The notes under the pieces: model-generated
What the model saw: the letters and a program-made list of their open reading frames with translations, nothing else
Told to the model about the DNA's origin: nothing
Database searches by the model: none
Program-made: the position numbers and the translations under genes
Shown here: one piece after another, positions 37,275 through 50,595 of the stretch
Position numbering within the stretch: position 1 is the first letter of the stretch
Layout: every line of letters begins with the position of its first letter
Assembly: GCA_965235115.1 (NCBI GenBank)
Contig: OZ249436.1
Location: forward strand, 43,278,001 to 43,342,000
Direction: 5' to 3'
DNA length: 64,000 bases
Origin: Laetmonice hystrix
Lineage: Eukaryota

Positions 37275-38378
37275 AAGCCTGCCTCACACTGTGTCTTAAA
37301 CGGGTAGCTGGCCTATAAAAGCCTGCCTCACACTGTGTCTTAAAGGGATAGCTGGCCTATAAAAGCCTGCCTCACACTGTGTCTTAAAGGGATAGCTGGC
37401 CTATAAAAGCCTGCCTCACACTGTGTCTTAAAGGGGTAGCTGGCCTATAAAAGCCTGTCTCACACTGTGTCTTAAAGGGGTAGCTGGCCTATAAAAGCCT
37501 GCCTCACACTGTGTCTTAAACGGGTAGCTGGCCTATAAAAGCCTGCCTCACACTGTGTCTTAAACGGGTAGCTGGCCTATAAAAGCCTGCCTCACACTGT
37601 GTCTTAAAAGGGTAGCTGGTCTATAAAAGCCTGCCTCACACTATGTCTTAAAGGGGTAGCTTGCCTATAAAAGCCTGCCTCACACTGTGTCTTAAAGGGG
37701 TAACTGGCCTATAAAAGCCTGTCTCACACTGTGTCTTAAAGGGGTAGCTGGCCTATAAAAGCCTGCCTCACACTGTGTCTTAAAGGGGTAGCTGACCTAT
37801 AAAAGCCTGTCTCACACTGTGTCTTAAAAGGGTAGCTTGCCTATAAAAGCCTGCCTCACACTGTGTCTTAAAGGGGTAACTGGCCTATAAAAGCCTGCCT
37901 CACACTGTGTCTTAAAGGGGTAGCTGGCCTATAAAAGAGTGCCTCACACTGTGTCTTAAAGGGGTAGCTGACCTATAAAAGCCTGTCTCACACTGTGTCT
38001 TAAAGGGGTAGCTGGCCTATAAAAGCCTGTCTGACACTGTGTCTTAAAGGGGTAGCTGGCCTATAAAAGCCTGCCTCACACTGTGTCTTAAAGGGGTAGC
38101 TGACCTATAAAAGCCTGTCTCACACTGTGTCTTAAAGGGGTAGCTGGCCTATAAAAGCCTGCCTCACACTGTGTCTTAAACGGGTAACTGGCTTATAAAA
38201 GCCTGCCTTACACTGTGTCTTAAAGGGGTAGCTGGCCTATAAAAGCCTGCCTCACACTGTGTCTTAAAGAGGTAGCTGGCCTATAAAAGCCTGCCTCACA
38301 CTGTGTCTTAAAGGGGTAGCTGGCCTATAAAAGAGTGCCTCACACTGTGTCTTAAAGGGGTAGCTGGCCTATAAAAGC
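37275..38378. repeat. 44-bp minisatellite, about 25 copies
   Basis: Unit aaaagcctgcctcacactgtgtcttaaaggggtagctggcctat. Confidence 0.97.
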
Positions 38379-38507
38379 AGCTACTCCGAGGAAACTTTGC
38401 ATATGGTGGTAAATGTAAATACCTTCAGAGCTCTCTCTACTTAATTTGACGGTTTGTCCCACGTAGCATCAGCAGTAAAACATGATATTATCTTGTTTAG
38501 GTACAGG

Positions 38508-38554
<47 letters not shown>

Positions 38555-39409
38555 CCCAAATTGTCTTTCGTCAAGAACGTATGGCCGGAAGAACATTGTC
38601 ACAGTCCCTGATATACAGCTCCGTTCATGGAGTTTGTTTCGTATGGAAGATGGTATCCAGTCCACAATCACAGTTATATATCCTGTCACAAATCATACAC
38701 ATATACTTGCTGCAATCGATGTGATCCCTCGCGCAAAATGATCCTGATAGAAACCACACAATAATAGCCGTTTAGAAACACCCTTGAATTCCTAATAATA
38801 CTGATGCCCACATGTCTCATGTGAGCTGTCCATGATAAGACTTAGTGTAGGATGTATGTAGGTAGCACTGGCTTCCACCTCTGTTGTGTCTCAATAACGT
38901 AAAACCCATCAGGTAGTGCCGATCTTATCTCATAACATAAAACTCATGGAGTTTGATCGTATCGGCACTGATGTGGGCAGTACGAGGGGATTTTAGATCA
39001 AGCCAGTTGTGGTTTTGTGATCGGCAATTTCCGTGCCGTCAGAGCGAGATGGGTACTATCTTAGAAGGGATTGGGGGGGGGGGGGGGTGCACGTGGGGGA
39101 GGGAGGCTGAGGGGGGCCTTTAGGCCCTATAGATTGGATAGAGTGGAATATGGCTCATCGGGTTACATTTAGACAGATATGATCAGGCTCTGATCCATTT
39201 TGGGATATTTTCCTTCCTTTCTTCGATTATCACTTTAAAGGATTATCTTATATCAGTTTGAACATAAATCAAGAACTCGGCAAGATTTGCTTGTTATCCA
39301 TCAGTCATTCATATCAGGCTTTTATTCACGCAGTTTAGAACTTTTCCCAAAACTGCAGGAGAGATTCGCGAGACCGGGAGCTTCTGGGGTTCGGATTAGT
39401 TCCGATAAA

Positions 39410-39884
39410 ACCCGCTAGGTATACTGCATACTAGGACAAGGTTTTGAACTAACCCCTAGGTACTGCATACTAGGACAAGGTTTAGACTAACCCCTAGGTA
39501 TCCTACATACTGGGACAAGGTTTAAACTAACCCCTAGGTATACTGCATACTAGGACAAGGTTTAAACTAACCCCTAGGTACTGCATACTAGGACAAGGTT
39601 TAGACTAACCCCTAGGTATCCTGCATACTAGGACAAGGTTTAAACTAACCCCTAGGTATACTGCATACTAGGACAAGGTTTAAACTAACCCCTAGGTATC
39701 CTGCATACTAGGACAAGGTTTAAACTAACCCCTAGGTATACTGCATACTAGGACAAGGTTTAAACTAACCCCTAGGTATACTGCATACTAGGACAAGGTT
39801 TAAACTAACCCCTAGGTATACTGCATACTAGGACAAGGTTTAAACTAACCCCTAGGTATACTGCATACTAGGACAAGGTTTAAA
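39410..39884. repeat. 40-bp minisatellite, about 11 copies
   Basis: Unit aactaacccctaggtatactgcatactaggacaaggttta. Confidence 0.96.
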
Positions 39885-41504
39885 ATAATATCGGAATGAT
39901 TTGTCCACAGAATTCAGACTCTCCTACAGGCGCGGCAATTTATGACGCATACGTTTTGGAGAGGGGCAACAAAGGGCCGAAAACTACGCTTTTACTTAAT
40001 TAGTTCCCAATGTATCCATACACATCATGATTCCTACTCGATTTGAATTCCGACTGCGTAATCGTGGTTTATCAGTTATTCCAAAACGGGGAAGAGTGCC
40101 CCTGGTTGTCATAAAATCTATTTCTAGGGAGAGGCACTCACCTGCACATAATGGACAAAGTGTTTGGGACGATAGCTCATGAATGTTGATCATGGCCGGC
40201 TGGTGCCAGTAGATCTATCTTTAGGAACCTGTTGGGGAAGTTCAAGGACAGAATGATTGGTGGCCTTGGTGTGGATTGATTGGGGTTTAATCAGATACTG
40301 CCGTATATTCCATCCATTCCGTCCCGTTCATTTCATCACGCATGCCGTAGCAGTAGCTGTAACACTCTTATTGAATTGTTGGAAGTGGACCTTATAAAGA
40401 CAGGAATTCGATTCTGTGCAAACTACACTAACTGGCGTCTACCAAGTGTCTCAGTAATCTAAAACGAAACGTGACCGCGGGCAGCGATAGGGATCATAGT
40501 GGGATAGGTTGTCCGTGAAGGAGATAGAAGAGATGGAGATATGCACACTTCCGATAGCGCCCGTCTGGGGACAAGTCAGCCTGTGGCCATAACGCTATGG
40601 GCTGGACCTGATCACACCCGAGCGATAATATATATTTATTCTTACCCGTGGCGTCAGACCATTGCCCGACATGAGCCCCTGTGTGCAAGCCCACTATAGT
40701 CACTTTCATCTGGGGGTTCTGGGAAGGGTAGCATTCCAGCTGGACTTCCGGAAGGTCGGGGAACTGACTGTCATGGCGGCCTCCACGTGAGACCGGAAGT
40801 AAAATCTGGATCTGCTCGTCCTAATGACGCAAACATTTGGTTAAAGGTAATATGTCACGAATTTCAAATAATACGTCGTGTTTCAGCAAAAATATGTATG
40901 CATTGCGGTTCTCCAATATGCCCCAAAGGTCCCCTACCTGTTTATGTAGCTTTGGCCGGTATTTTGTAAAAAGAATTCGCCTTAATGCGGTCTCTGAAAA
41001 TGACACACTTGTGCCTGATATAAATCGGGGTTATTTCCCAGCCAATTTACTCACCAATTGACGTGTATACTTACGCAGGCGTATAACTGTTAAGCGGATT
41101 CGGTGAAGATGCGGTTGGCTCCATTTAAGGCTGTATCCATGGAACCACCTCGAGCCAGCGGTATCGGCGTACATTACTTTCCTCAAGTAGTACCGTGTTA
41201 GTAAACACTCCCGTCCTCCCCGGGGCCTGGGGTGGGGTGGGGGTGGCCCGTCCCTTGTACGGGCTCTACTCCATAGGCGGGAGACTGGGGCCACATAGCA
41301 ATCATTGGATTGGCCGTCGGGCGGACGCGCTCTGACCGGAACGCTGACTCGGTCTCGGCTTTCGGATTACGTGATTACTAACCATAATCAGGGGTGACGC
41401 CCGACCTTACACCGGCTTCCTTACCCTATCCGTGGGGCAACCCCGATAACATACGAACTGTGTTGTTGTTCTTAAAATGATATATTTTCATGAACGCACT
41501 TTAC

Positions 41505-41712
41505 TACGGAGCCCTGTTGGGGAATGAAGAGAAACAAATGGTGGGGATCTCGAAATTACCACTTAGTGACGTCACTAACTTGTTAGTACGACTTAGTGAC
41601 GTCATTAACTCGTTATTACGACTTAATGACGTCACTAAGTGGTAATTTAGAGATCACCACAATTTTTTTTTCTGAAACGATTTTTTTTTCATGTCCCTAA
41701 CAGGGCTCCGTA
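41505..41712. mobile_element. Non-autonomous DNA transposon, TAC..GTA termini, 6-bp TSD (IS3EU-like), copy 1
   Basis: TIRs tacggagccctgtt / aacagggctccgta, with TSD ctttac on both sides. Confidence 0.85.
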
Positions 41713-42455
41713 CTTTACACTGTTTCACTCATTGAACTAAAATAAGCACATCCAAGTGTTTTATCGATTATTTCAGTACACAAGATAAATTTGTAAAATT
41801 CTGTGACAAATATTCAGTTCAATTCAATCTATGTTCCAAATGTAACCTTTATAACGTGGGAGTTGTTCTTAAAATGAGATATTTCGAAAAATACGTATAA
41901 TAAATGATTTTGGAATTGTTCTAGACAGTGAATACTCTTCAGTTCACAACTGCTAAAATGTTACTTGCATTTTAGTTTTAAACTAAAGTAAATGTTAAAT
42001 CAAAGCTATTTTGGAATGTATAGAAGAATACACAAAACAGTAATAGTTACACATCTTGGAGCAACCAGGTCCCCGCCTAGACATTCAGACAGCCAATCGG
42101 ATGCATCATCACCGTTTTAAGCAGCCTTCCTCCTCCCGTTGCCAAGTAACGAAATGACAACGAGATTGGAAAAGGGAAATTAGAGGTAATGGTGGTATTT
42201 TTAGTTACCTGTAGAGATGTATGTGAAATAGCTTCTGTCACCCCTGTGTGCCGAGTGATTACTGGAGGACCGTGTGAATGTCTCCAGTATTCTCCAGACC
42301 CTCCCATCCTGTACCTACTGAGGGATGTTCCCCTCACAGCGGGGCCGGATGTAGGTGACAGACAATCTTGTCACTTAACCAGACTGTAGTCAGACTCCGA
42401 CATTGCGTGTTGACGTAGGTGACGTGTGCTACGTTTGTGAGAGAAAACTGCACCT

Positions 42456-42784
42456 ATGGGGTACCTTGTGGCGGCGTTTTCCGCATGGCGGCAGCACTGT
42501 GCTAGATAGGCTGATATCTGCTAATCTGTGGCTGGTTGCCATATCGACATTAAATTTTGTTCTAAAGAGGTATGACAATTTTTAGACTTCTTTCATTCAC
42601 TTTAGTCCATATGAGTTAATATTATTTAGTAATGATAAGGCTAGGTCATCCTACAGCACATTAGCATTTCGTCGTCCTATCTAAGCTTGTGCTAATGTAC
42701 TCCAGCAAGGACCGATGTGCAGGTGCTGCCGCCATGCGGATTTGACTGGAAATCCCCATTGCGCATGCGTCTAATGTACCCCAT
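42456..42784. mobile_element. MITE, same family as 50227-50595
   Basis: atggggtac..ccgcatggcggcagcac / gtgctgccgccatgcgg..gtaccccat. Shares ttagcatttcgtcgtcctat and ttgcgcatgcgtct with the second copy. Confidence 0.72.
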
Positions 42785-42807
42785 TGAATGGAAGCCTACT
42801 TTGTTAA

Positions 42808-43309
42808 AGGGGCATATTATGAGGAAACGTGAAAAATCGGTATTTCAAAGACCTTTGGCTGTTTTCATAAAGAGATCCTTCATTAAAATTGCTTGGTAAA
42901 CAAAGACAGACTTATTAGCTTCATTTTGCGTGAGAAATCGAAGTTTATGAAGGTCCCTTGCCCGCTTCTCTGCCGATTTCGTAAAATATTTTTTGGATGG
43001 CATTCTGATGCCGGACGATCGAGTGCAACTGCTGAATTGTTTACAACTATGCAAAGCACGTGACTACGCACATGCAGAGAGTGCACACGTAGGAGGTGAC
43101 GCAGTACGCGATTACACGGGTTGATGGGAGGTTGTCTCCCAAATAATGGCGGGAGATGTGCTATCGGCAGAAATCTATGCGTTTGGTCGTATAGAACCTA
43201 CGTCGGAGGACAAAATGCTGTGGTAGGATTATTTACTTGGATCCCTAGTGCATGGTTATGTTGGATAATTGCCGGATATCCTCCAAAACGTGTTCCATAG
43301 CATGCCCCT
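42808..43309. mobile_element. TTAA-targeting non-autonomous element (Kolobok-like)
   Basis: ttaa|aggggcat ... atgcccct|ttaa. Confidence 0.78.
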
Positions 43310-45579
43310 TTAACGAATTGTACCAATTGAATGGAAGCCTACTTTGTTAACCAATTGCACCAATTGAATGGAAGCCTACTTTGTTAAGAACATGTGCGAG
43401 TCACACTCCTTTCTCTAGGTTAGCTCAGGTAAGACTGGGCAGATCTATGGGTAAGATTTCAACGCAATGTGATGGGAAGAACTAAAAATTGAAACCCAAC
43501 CCTTCCCCCTAATCCTGGTCCCCAGACCTCACCCACATGTCTCCCTAGCCCTAGCTGTACCCCCAACCCTACCCCCTAATCCCGGTGCCCATACCCCCTC
43601 CCCCTCCACACATGTATCCCTGGCCCTAGCTATACTCCCAACCCTATTTTCTTCCCCCACTTTTACGGGAATATGATCATAGCTGAATAGCCGCTTGTCC
43701 ACGACAAGCCAGCACTAGCTGTCACGTCTTACTGTGTACAGCATCTGGTTGCTGGTCCACGACAGCCACAGGATAACGTTGAATGTTGTATTTGTGCATC
43801 ATCAGTCAAGTAAAACAAAGTATTTCTTACAAATATCAAATCGATGACAAAACCAATTTCATTATTACAAATATAAAGAAGTAGATCCTTTCTTTGTTTA
43901 AATACAAGGAATTACAGAACATGCAGTGAAGGTTCGTCCAGGTTTTCTGAACACTAATTCGGAAGAGGTCCACGTAGTTTTGTCGAAGACGTTTCATTCC
44001 TTGTTTTTGTATACTATAGAGACTCGAACGGATGAGGCTCCTCTGGATAAATCGATCGATAACCGAGTCCCTGGCCTATTTGAAAACGCAGGTATCTGTG
44101 TTTGTTTGGCTTCTGTTGTCGTCCATCCTTGATTGAGAAGATCTCCCTTAGCCCACAAATGAGGAAACCGCCGCTGATCACTGGGATGGATTCACGCCCG
44201 TAAAAAGGGCGCCTGCTCGTAAAAAGGGAATTTTCCACCATGATTATTGGGGGGGGGGGGGGGGGGGAAGCTGATCCCTCCCCTAGGTAATTGGTGGTGT
44301 TGGTGTCGCCTCTCAGTGTGCTGGCCTTCCTTTGCTCACATTAGTCTGAGACTGTTAGAGCACATTCTGTAGACCCCTTTGGGAGATCCTGCGTCGACTT
44401 CTTGTCTGTGGAACCGCGGACGGCATCCTCAAATATCTCCCTCACCCTGGAATTATTCTTGGCACTCGAAAAACTGGCAATCTCGCTTCCTCGCTTCCCC
44501 TGCGAGACGTTCGTATGAGACCTCTCGGACGTCATCTCGCGAGAACTGGAGGTCACACTTGTTACCGACGAGGACAGCCGACAAGGGGCCTGAAGTCGAA
44601 ACACTCAATGGTATAACCTTCAGGAAGTCGGATAAAGGGGGGGGGGGGGTTAAAACAACGTTATGGAGCGAACCCAACGAGACAACACTCAGACACCACC
44701 CCCCCCCCTTCACCACTCAGACCCCACGCCCCCTTCACCACTCAGCCCCCACGCCCCCCTTCACCACTCAGCCCCTACGCCCCCCTTCACCACTCAGCCC
44801 CCCACGCCCCCTTTCCAAAATCCTGATAAAGGTTGGTGGACAATGTCTGGAATAAGGCGATTGTTCGAGGAATTTTGAGTTAAAGGCAGGGTAAACACCC
44901 ACGGCAAATAAGGTTTCGTAGACCAAATGAAACACCAGCATTTACCTCAGGGCAATAAATGCCACAATTACGTTGTCTGAATGAAGTAATTAACGTGTAA
45001 CCGCCCGATGTGTGACGTCGCTGTAATAACTGCTCCATGTAAACTTACTGTGGTCTGATAGGAGTTCGTCAACTGTAAGAAGTGCTCCATGTAATCTTAC
45101 TGTGGTCTGACAGAAGTCTGCAACTGTAAGACGTGCTCCATGTAAACTTACTGTAGTCTGATAGAAGTTCGTCAACTGTAAGAAGTGCTGCCCGGAAACT
45201 TGCCAAGGAATCGATGGAGAAGACAACGATGAAGACAGCCTGAGTTGATGGTGGTTTGAGTGAGGCGAGTGTATGTCCCTGTCCCTGCCGTATCCATAAA
45301 CTCAACCTCATGTAGTTTGCCATCTGCGATTCGGGAAAGATAAAAGGCTGAAAATGTGCTTGCACGAACCAAGTCGATCAAGGATCTGGGTTAACTAACA
45401 GTAGGGGTTTAGGTGTTCCCTGCACGTCAAAATTACATGTGTACTTTTTTTTATCAGAACAATGTTTCCGATGTCATCTTGGCTTGTTGGCACGCCGGAC
45501 TCAGAGTCTGTCTGAGAAGACATGACATTGTACTTGACGACATGTACAATGAGGTGTTCCCTGGGATTACGTTTCGATC

Positions 45580-46845
45580 GTCTCTCGGCCCTTACTCCCG
45601 AATCCAATCTCCTCTCGGTCCGTCCTCCCGAATCCAATCTCCTCTCGGCCCTTACTCCCGAATCCAATCTCCTCTCGGTCCTTACTCCCGAATCCAATCT
45701 TCTCTCGGTCCTTACTCCCGAATCCAATCTCCTCTCGGCCCTTACTCCCGAATCCAATCTCCTCTCGGCCCTTACTCCCGAATCCAATCTCCTCTCGGCC
45801 CGTCCTCCCGAATCCAATCTCCTCTCGGCCCCTACTCCCGAATCCAATCTCCTCTCGGTCCTTCCTCCCGAATCCAATCTCCTCTCGGCCCTTACTCCCG
45901 AATCCAATCTCCTCTCGGCCCTTACTCCCGAATCCAATCTCCTCTCGGCCCGTCCTCCCGAATCCAATCTCCTCTCGGCCCTTACTCCCGAATCCAATCT
46001 CCTCTCGGTCCTTACTCCCGAATCCAATCTCCTCTCGGTCCGTCCTCCCGAATCCAATCTCCTCTCGGCCCCTACTCCCGAATCCAATCTCCTCTCGGCC
46101 CTTACTCCCGAATCCAATCTCCTTTCAGCCCCTACTCCCGAATCCAATCTCCTCTCGGCCCTTACTCCCGAATCCAATCTCCTCTCGGCCCTTACTCCCG
46201 AATCCAATCTCCTCTCAGTCCGTCCTCCCGAATCCAATCTCCTCTCGGCCCTTACTCCCGAATCCAATCTCCCCTCGGCCCTTACTCCCGAATCCAATCT
46301 CCTTTCAGCCCTTACTCCCGAATCCAATCTCCTCTCGGTCCGTCCTCCCGAATCCAATCTCCTCTCAGTCCGTCCTCCCGAATCCAATCTCCTCTCGGCC
46401 CTTACTCCCGAATCCAATCTCCTCTCGGCCCTTACTCCCGAACCCAATCTCCTCTCGGCCCTTACTCCCGAATCCAATCTCCTCTCGGTCCGTCCTCCCG
46501 AATCCAATCTCCTCTCGGCCCCTACTTCCGAATCCAATCTCCTCTCGGCCCTTACTCCCGAATCCAATCTCCTCTCGGCCCTTACTCCCGAATCCAATCT
46601 CCTCTCGGCCCTTACTCCCGAATCCAATCTCCTTTCAGCCCTTACTCCCGAATCCAATCTCCTCTCGGCCCCTACTCCCGAATCCAATCTCCTCTCGGCC
46701 CTTACTCCCGAATCCAATCTCCTCTCGGCCCTTACTCCCGAATCCAATCTCCTTTCGGTCCGTCCTACCGAATCCAATCTCCTTTCGGTCCGTCCTCCCG
46801 AATCCAATCTCCTTTCGGTCCGTCCTCCCGAATCCAATCTCCTTT
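45580..46845. repeat. 30-bp minisatellite, about 42 copies
   Basis: Unit cccgaatccaatctcctctcggcccttact. Causes 458-484 aa repeat ORFs on both strands. Confidence 0.97.
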
Positions 46846-47297
46846 TCGTGGATACGACCAGAAATAGTTTACCAATGTTGACCTCTCCTTGGCACTAAGC
46901 GCATGCGTATTGGTCTGTGGAACGCGTCTGAATTAACGCGAGCTGGGTGGAAGTCTCAAGTCTCATGGTACCGGAACAGGAAGTCTGTAATTTGTCTGGT
47001 CGAGCGTTCCTTGCACTAGGCGACAACGTCCCTGTCTCAATGTCTCAACGAGAGGAGAGCTAATCGAGAGTGATTTCGCGTCGGGAAAACCTCTAAATAT
47101 CCGTTATACATTCGCTGCTGTATGGAGAATATCTCCTTCCGGCAAACTCCCTTAATTACGCCATGGAAACGAAACGAAGCAATGGAAACGAAACGAAACG
47201 AAGCAAAGCCATGGAAACGAAGCAATGACGTTCGTTATGGGCAGCGTAGCGTGACTGATTGTGTTTATGCCATGTTTACACTCAGTGACACAGATAT

Positions 47298-48190
47298 AGG
47301 TTGGTTGGCAGGGGGGCGGGCAGGGGGGTGGTTGGCTGGGGGGCGGACAGGGGGTGGTTGGCTGGGGGACGGGCAGGGGGGTTGTTGGCAGGGGGACGGG
47401 CAGGGGGGTTGTTGGCTGGGGGACGGACAGGGGGTGGTTGGCTGGGGGACGGACAGGGGGTGGTTGGCTGGGGGACGGACAGGGGGTGGTTGGCTGGGGA
47501 CGGACAGGGGGTGGTTGGCAGGGGGACGGGCAGGGGGGTTGTTGGCTGGGGGACGAACAGGGGGTGGTTGGCTGGGGACGGGCAGGGGGGGTTGTTGGCT
47601 GGGGGACGGACAGGCGGTGGTTGGCTGGGGGACGGACAGGGGGGTGATTGGCTGGGGGGGGCGGACAGGGGGTGGTTGGCTGGGGGACGGACAGGGGGGT
47701 GATTGGCTGGGGGGCGGACAGGGGGTGGTTGGCTGGGGGACGAACAGGGGGTGGTTGGCAGGGGGACGGGCAGGGGGGGTTGTTGGCTGGGGGACGGGCA
47801 GGGGGGGTGATTGGCTGGGGGGCGGACAGGGGGTGGTTGGCTGGGGGACGAACACGGGGTGGTTGGCTGGGGGACGGGCAGGGGGGGTTGTTGGCTGGGG
47901 GACGGGCAGGGGGGTTGTTGGCTGGGGCACGGGCAGGGGGGTGGTTGGCTGGGGGGCGGACAGGGGGTGGTTGGCTGGGGGACGGGCAGGGGGGGTGATT
48001 GGCTGGGGGGCGGACAGGGGGTGGTTGGCTGGGGGACGGACAGGGGGGGTGATTGGCTGGGGGGCGGACAGGGGGTGGTTGGCTGGGGGACGGACAGGGG
48101 GGGTGATTGGCTGGGGGACGGACAGGGGGTGGTTGGCTGGGGGACGAACACGGGGTGGTTGGCTGGGGCACGGGCAGGGGGGTGATTGGA
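47298..48190. repeat. G-rich ~26-bp minisatellite
   Basis: ggttggctgggggacggacagggggt variants with G4-G7 runs. Confidence 0.95.
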
Positions 48191-50226
48191 GAGGAGAGAT
48201 TTTCCTTAGGTCAAAGCGGTCCAACTGATAAAGGGGTGGCAATTCTGAGTAGACTCTATCATGATGTACTTTAGGGCTACATTACGAGTAAATCACCAGT
48301 TACTTGTACCTGCCTTGATAAACTGCCAAGTGTCGCCCCGCTGTCATCCTTGGCAAGTAAAGGTTTGCGTGGGAAGCAGCATGCAGGTGTTTTAATGAAA
48401 TGCCTTTTAACGCCTCTCTTAATCATATCTTTTGCTCTATACTTGTTTTATGTCGAGGCTATGACGTATATCCGGTCTGCCCCAACCTGCTAACATTTCA
48501 ACATAGCGTGAGTAAAAGTCGGCGCCTGGGCTCTTGTTAATTCATTAACACTTCGTGTGACAGGTAACAAACCTGAGCCTCGCGTGCCAGTCTCTCACCT
48601 CGCAGGCTAACGACAGAACCTATACTCCTATACTACAGCCGAATCAGTCGTTCCCCAAACTAAATATCACCAAACAAATTACCATATCGAGTAGGCCTGA
48701 CTCGCAGGCTGATTTTGAAATGTACGGGTATGAAATTAATAAGGTATCAATAATGTTAATAATTACAAAATGTATGAAATTAATAAGGTATCAATAATGT
48801 CAATAATTACAAAATGTATGAAATTAATAAGGTATCAATAATGTCAATAATTACAAAATGTAGCATAGTGTATGCCGACTTTGACTACTTTGGCCAATAC
48901 TTATATAATAGTCACAGTTTGTTAATCGGTCGGCCCTCTGGGAAACCTAGTAGTCCGGCCATATCTTTCCGCATCCATTCGAAGGCCAATTGCTTATTTT
49001 CGCCTTCTTGGTCGCTGCAGGCGGAACCGGAAACACGTTGTGAAGTGGCCAAGGGAAAGTTTCAGATCACCATTTCGCGCAGTGCGCCATGATGTATAAT
49101 TATGAAATGTCTTTTAGCCTAACAGGGAAACTCCCCGGAAGGAGAATTCCATCTTTGACAGCCAGGAGGATCACAGTAAGGTAATCAGCTGGCCGGAAGT
49201 ACCAGCGGCAGGAATACACATATAATTCTACTCTGAGCTCGGTTTCTAACTTTGCTCATTCCCACTTCTTCTTACCTTCAAGAAATATATATATACTACT
49301 TTGCGTCTACTTTCAATAAGTGAGCCTGAAGCCTTGTAATAAGAGATCGTATTCGGCTAGAACCATAATCACTGAGCGGCAAACCGCTGTGATGCTGACG
49401 AAGTGATGTTTTTGCTGCCACAGATGATGATTGCAGCTTCATGATGCAGGAAGATGGAGGCGTCCCTCCTCACAGATCACAAACACTAAAGTTGTATTAA
49501 GTGATCTTCGGTTTAGCGTGCAGGTGGAAAGGGAAAGGATCTTTCATATATCAGATTTCACAGGTGCTGGCGCCTCAGGATAGGGACTTCCGTTTTTGCT
49601 AACCTGACCCAAAGTAGGATATGATACCCGCACTGTGGTATCTATCATTTCTATCGCACTTGAACAGAGCAGATGGCTCTCACTCTGCGAAAGGATGTAA
49701 AGTATATACTGTTAACTTGGACCGTCTGATGTTGGGGGGGGGGGTAGGGGGAGGGTAACGGATCCAGCCTGGCCCCCTTTTAAGCTATAGTCTTTCTGTG
49801 GTTTGTTAATTTTGAGAGTTGGCGTCACAGGTTACCGCACGGCCACCAAAGTGGGTAATGGAGTGATAGGACCGATAGGAAGATACCATTCTCCGGACTA
49901 ACAGTTTCTATTGGGACCTGCATGGGTTGAGATAGTAGGCCTATCATTGGGCGTGTTCCTGTGAGTAACATGAGGAGTCAATAGATTCACAGTCAAAGGA
50001 CGGTCTCGGCGGAGGGATATACTGCTGGCGGGTACTGTGAGCGGGGGTCAAGGACGACATATTTCCGGTACGACTGTTGAATGTAATGAGGTAGAAATAT
50101 AGACTGGCGGCGGTCAAAAAACGGCACCACAGCTCGTTCACGACCGTCATGGTTTGATAGTGGATTAAGTAAAGGAACTTCCAATATAAGGACGGCGTTT
50201 TGTAGCCCCCCCCCCCCCCCCGGGCT

Positions 50227-50595
50227 ATGGGAGACTCGAAGTAATGGAGTTCCCGTCTTTTCCGCGTGGCGGCAGCACTATCGCCTCGGTCCCGTATGTC
50301 TACACATTAGTATGACGTTACATAGGACGACGAAATGCTAATCTGTAGCTGGGTGCCGTAGTGCTATTTCTTATGAAATATTATGGTACGTCTAGGAGTT
50401 CTACAACATGGCGAAGCTTATCGAGTTATTAATTTTCATAACAAATAGTCTAAATGCATCCTGCCATAGATTAGCATTTCGTCGTCCTATATATAACGTC
50501 ATGCTAATTTGCAGTCGAGAGGACCGGGGCGACAGTGCTGCCGCCACGCGGATATACTGGAATGCGCCGTTGCGCATGCGTCTCGAGTCTCCCAT
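50227..50595. mobile_element. MITE with long imperfect TIRs
   Basis: atgggagactcga / tcgagtctcccat termini. Internal inverted pairs ccgcgtggcggcagcact and ataggacgacgaaatgctaatct. Confidence 0.8.

Noticed and set aside
43900..44240. Possible CaaX or RGK-type tail for the GTPase
   Set aside because: No frame gives a convincing terminal motif linked to the G5 exon.
45395..46898. 458-484 aa ORFs (RAERRLDSGV, SRIQSPLGPY, PESNLLSALT repeats)
   Set aside because: A 30-bp unit without stops in several frames; variation is not codon-position biased by eye and the array lies within the pseudogene intron.
47122..48242. Gly-rich and Pro-rich ORFs
   Set aside because: G-rich minisatellite artefact.
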